In this document: in pieces, positions 61,245-64,000 of the stretch
Layout: each line of letters starts with the position of its first letter
Numbering within the stretch: the first letter of the stretch is position 1
From: Candidatus Rifleibacteriota bacterium
GTDB lineage: Bacteria > Muiribacteriota > Ozemobacteria > Ozemobacterales > Ozemobacteraceae
Direction of reading: 5' to 3'
Length of the DNA stretch: 64,000 nt
Assembly: GCA_018818125.1 (NCBI GenBank)
Contig: JAHISQ010000101.1
Location: forward strand, 14,977-78,976
Position numbers and translations under genes: made by a program
The notes under the pieces: model-generated
The model's input: only the letters and a program-made list of their open reading frames with translations
What the model was told of the DNA's origin: nothing
The model's database searches: none

Positions 61245-61835
61245 ATGAGCAAAAACACCGGTAAAATTGGCAGGGCAGATTTTTTAAAAAGCTACCTTTT
61301 CGAACTGCTTGAAAGCGCATATTCAGCATTTCCGGATGAGCTGACGGAGTTTGCCGAAAAATTTCCAGAGTTGATTCGGCCACCAGGGGCCATCGCCGAG
61401 CAGGAATTTCTCGAAAAATGCCAGCGTTGTGGCGCATGCATCAAAGCCTGTCAGTTCCACGCACTGCGACCAGTCATGCAAAGCAATGAATTCGATCTCG
61501 GCACTCCAGCATTACGCGTGAGCGAATCCTATTGTCGTTTCTGCAGCGACTTGCCCTGTGTCAATGCTTGTCCCAGTGGAGCTCTCAGCCTGAAAAACAA
61601 GGCGGCACTGCAGAAAATTGCAGTCGCCAATATAGTTAAAGCCAGTTGTCTGCGCAGTCGCGGCGAATCGTGCCTGACCTGCCTTGAAAAATGTGCCAAC
61701 ATTGCCGCAGCTGTTATTCATCCGGAACCAGCAAAACCGCCACGGATTGACGCCAGAAAATGCAGCGGATGCGGAGCCTGTGCGGTATTCTGCCCGGCCT
61801 ACCCCGATAATGCCATAAAACTGGTCAGGATATGA
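61245..61835 (+). CDS. 4Fe-4S ferredoxin-type protein with four cluster motifs (NapF-like)
   Basis: CQRCGACIKAC, CRFCSDLPCVNACP, CLTCLEKC, CSGCGACAVFCP; TATAAT at 61232-61237 just upstream. Confidence 0.75.
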   Translation: MSKNTGKIGRADFLKSYLFELLESAYSAFPDELTEFAEKFPELIRPPGAIAEQEFLEKCQRCGACIKACQFHALRPVMQSNEFDLGTPALRVSESYCRFCSDLPCVNACPSGALSLKNKAALQKIAVANIVKASCLRSRGESCLTCLEKCANIAAAVIHPEPAKPPRIDARKCSGCGACAVFCPAYPDNAIKLVRI

Positions 61836-62358
61836 GCGTCTTATGTTGTTGCCCAAGCCCGACATAACGCTGTGCAGACAAAAGAATCCGGTCTCGCCAC
61901 TCGGCAGCAACCGTCCCCTTTATCTTAGCCGGCAAACCAGCTACCAGCGAGCCGGCCGGGATCTTTTCGTTTTCCTTTATGACGCTGCCGGCAGCCACAA
62001 TACAACCATCACCAATTTCAGCACCTGAGAGCACGATTGCTCCCATACCGATAAGACAGTTGTCGCCAATCCGGCAGGCATGCAAGAGCGCCTTGTGCCC
62101 AACCGTAACATTTTTTCCAATGAACACATCGCCTTCACCAGAGGCAGATTTCGCATAATCGCCATGAATCACGCTGCCATCCTGGATATTAGTGTTAGAG
62201 CCTATCTCTATCCGGCTTATGTCGCCGCGGATAACTGTTCCATACCAGATGCTCACATTCTCTCCAAGCCTCACATCTCCGATAAGCTCGACTCCATCAG
62301 CAATAAAACACGAATCCGGGAACACCGGCATCATTTCACCAAATTTTCGAATCATCAT
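61825..62358 (-). CDS. gamma-class carbonic anhydrase/left-handed beta-helix hexapeptide-repeat protein (PaaY/YrdA-like)
   Basis: ATG 62358 after AGGAG; hexapeptide repeats and metal-binding His pattern (GDVRLGENVSIWYGTVIRGD...VIHGD...GHKALLHAC). Confidence 0.8.
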   Translation of the reverse strand: MMIRKFGEMMPVFPDSCFIADGVELIGDVRLGENVSIWYGTVIRGDISRIEIGSNTNIQDGSVIHGDYAKSASGEGDVFIGKNVTVGHKALLHACRIGDNCLIGMGAIVLSGAEIGDGCIVAAGSVIKENEKIPAGSLVAGLPAKIKGTVAAEWRDRILLSAQRYVGLGQQHKTLIS

Positions 62359-62527
62359 ACGACTCCTGCAAAAAAAGTTCATGGGGCATTAGAGCTTAAT
62401 TTGCAATCTTTTTCAAGTGTCAGGCGCATTTTTTCGGAGATTCCAGGGTCTTCAAAAGATAGCAAAATTGTGTTACACTGCACCAGGTTGTAATGCAAAG
62501 TAATCTTTTTGCCGATATATTTTCAGT

Positions 62528-62860
62528 ATGCAAAGTGAAAAATTCTGGGCAAAAAATCAAGCGCAAAAGTTGTTTGAGCAAGCATTGCAGCTGGAACTAG
62601 AAGGCAAGACCGGCGAAGCAGTCGCTGCCTATCAGCGTTCCCTGGCATGCTGGCCTAACAACAGTCAGGCTCAGTATAACCTTGGAGTCGCTCTGGCAAC
62701 GGATGGGCTGATCGACCAGGCCGTAAGAGCCTGGACCCGTGCAATCTGGCTTGACCCGGCTCTTAAATATGAGCTGGTCAGGGCATTTGATCTCGATGAC
62801 GATGCACGAGAAGAACTACTGGCTTGTCTAACTTATGAAAATATGGCCAAAGCGGCCTGA
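62528..62860 (+). CDS. small TPR-repeat protein
   Basis: Two or three TPR units (AQYNLGVALATDGLIDQAVRAWTRAIWLDP). Confidence 0.55.
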   Translation: MQSEKFWAKNQAQKLFEQALQLELEGKTGEAVAAYQRSLACWPNNSQAQYNLGVALATDGLIDQAVRAWTRAIWLDPALKYELVRAFDLDDDAREELLACLTYENMAKAA

Positions 62861-62877
62861 TTATAGGAGTTATACCA

Positions 62878-63006
62878 TGACATACTGCTGGGAAGTCTAC
62901 AACAATTCAAAATGTGAAACCTGCAAGCACTTCGTTGCTTTTCAGGACGGCACCCTCAACGTTGACGAGGTAAAAGACGTCATTGTTGTCGATGACGAAA
63001 ACTGAG
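62878..63006 (+). CDS. candidate 42-aa Cys-containing small protein
   Basis: AGGAG 7 nt upstream of ATG; MTYCWEVYNNSKCETCKHFVAFQDGTLNVDEVKDVIVVDDEN; C-x7-C-x2-C spacing, acidic tail; below the 60-aa cutoff of the supplied track. Confidence 0.3.
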
Positions 63007-63087
63007 CAAAACTTAGACTACAAATTGCTGTAATGCAGAAAGCTGCATGACAGACGTTCAGCTCTATGACCGGAGCGCTGAACAGTG

Positions 63088-63462
63088 TCAGTTATTCTTA
63101 CGCCGCATCAACCATGGCCTGAATAGCTTATCTAGCAGGGAAAATCTGGCAAAGTAACGAGTGTTAAGCTCCTCGCGGCCGCTGGCAGGTTCCCAAGGCT
63201 TTACTTCGCGCGCAGGCGCTGAGAGCATTAAAACTGCTTTGCGGTCAGCCGCCAGCAAATTCGCCTGATTGTTAAATGCACTTTCCATGCCAGTAAGCTT
63301 GGTTTCAAGCTGTTCCATTCGGCGCGCCATGTTTTTCAACAAAGCCTGATTCGCCGCAAGAATCTGACCAACGTCTATGGACACATCGCAGGTAGGCAGA
63401 TGGGCAGCCTGCAGCTGACTGTTGCTGGCAACAGATTCCTGGTTTTTATTTTCATCACTCAT
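63088..63462 (-). CDS. hypothetical protein
   Basis: 124 aa ORF with plausible RBS context; no recognisable motif. Confidence 0.35.
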   Translation of the reverse strand: MSDENKNQESVASNSQLQAAHLPTCDVSIDVGQILAANQALLKNMARRMEQLETKLTGMESAFNNQANLLAADRKAVLMLSAPAREVKPWEPASGREELNTRYFARFSLLDKLFRPWLMRRKNN

Positions 63463-63567
63463 GTTCAGGCTCCTGAATTTTCTTCTTCAATCACTAATCG
63501 ACAATAGCTGCAAATAATTTTAGCCTTCACGTTGTTTGCCTCAGAGGTAGTATGATATAGTTATTGA

Positions 63568-64000
63568 CATGGACGGAATAAAATTACCAATAATTCTTCT
63601 CGTTGTCGTGTTGTTACTCGGGTTATACCTTTTTAATCCATTGGCGAAACCAGATCCGGGCACCATACCGAAACCTGTTTCAACGCGAATAGAAACACCA
63701 GTTAAAACAGCAGAAGAAACTGTTGCAGCAGCAAAAACTGCCTTTGAAAATGTCGATTATGCAAAAGTAGTCGAACTGCTTGAGCCCCACAGAAACAGCG
63801 AAGAATTTGACGTTCAGCGTCTTCTTGGCTACTCCTATGCTGGTATCAAGCGCTTCGACCCGGCAATTGTCGCCTTCGAGAATGCTCTGAAAAGCAGGAA
63901 AATACCGGAAATAGGCTATTCCCTGGCATACCTCTACGAAATTACCGGTCGCGTTACCGTGGCACGCATGCTTTATGATGATCTGCGGCAGGCAAAACTA
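63568..64000 (+). CDS. TPR-like membrane-anchored protein (3-prime partial, runs off the window)
   Basis: ATG 63568; N-terminal TM (IILLVVVLLLGLYLF) then TPR-like helices; no stop before the window end. Confidence 0.4.

Noticed and set aside
1-64000. Scan for CRISPR arrays, rRNA and tRNA genes
   Set aside because: No regularly spaced short direct repeats with unique spacers, no rRNA-like conserved stretches, and no cloverleaf-like segments were recognised by eye in intergenic regions. A tRNAscan/Infernal run would be needed to fully exclude tRNAs

Overview
The window reads as a 64-kb chromosomal segment (about 45-48% GC by eye) from an unidentified, probably uncultivated bacterium. No rRNA, tRNA or CRISPR array was recognised. 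It is unusually rich in repeat-domain proteins (TPR, HEAT, Sel1, ankyrin), secreted proteins and pseudopilins. Left to right it contains: an ECF sigma / anti-sigma / Spy-like triad; a MacA(HlyD)-MacB(ABC ATPase + FtsX permease)-TolC efflux operon with a duplicated permease 3-prime remnant after tolC; a PEBP protein and a 910-aa beta-helix lipoprotein. An accessory-looking block (10.3-17.2 kb) follows, with two about 620-bp direct repeats each carrying a paralogous repeat-containing protein gene, a VTC-domain/DUF4956/outer-membrane-protein module, an OmpR-type two-component system, a shared 22-nt candidate operator and an IS3 transposase remnant. Next come a radical SAM / membrane protein / DDAH-like cluster with a decayed brnTA toxin-antitoxin remnant, and a Sel1 + 864-aa ankyrin-repeat gene pair bounded by a 24-bp direct repeat that duplicates the 3-prime end of a VOC-family gene. 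The most unusual region (29.0-38.8 kb) is a cluster of four tandem PilT-family ATPases, two of them catalytically degenerate, with two pseudopilins and two paralogous HEAT-TPR proteins and no PilB/PilC/PilD/secretin partners; this is my best candidate for an undescribed system. The rest of the window encodes RecG, RsmD, a PocR-domain hybrid kinase, RecD2, MoeA, a thioredoxin-like / DUF318 permease pair, a second pseudopilin operon lacking ATPases, a 1-kb noncoding region with DnaA-box-like dyad repeats plus a DDE transposase remnant, FabH, a 4Fe-4S ferredoxin, a gamma-carbonic anhydrase and TPR proteins. All calls come from reading the translations and sequence by eye; no database search was run.
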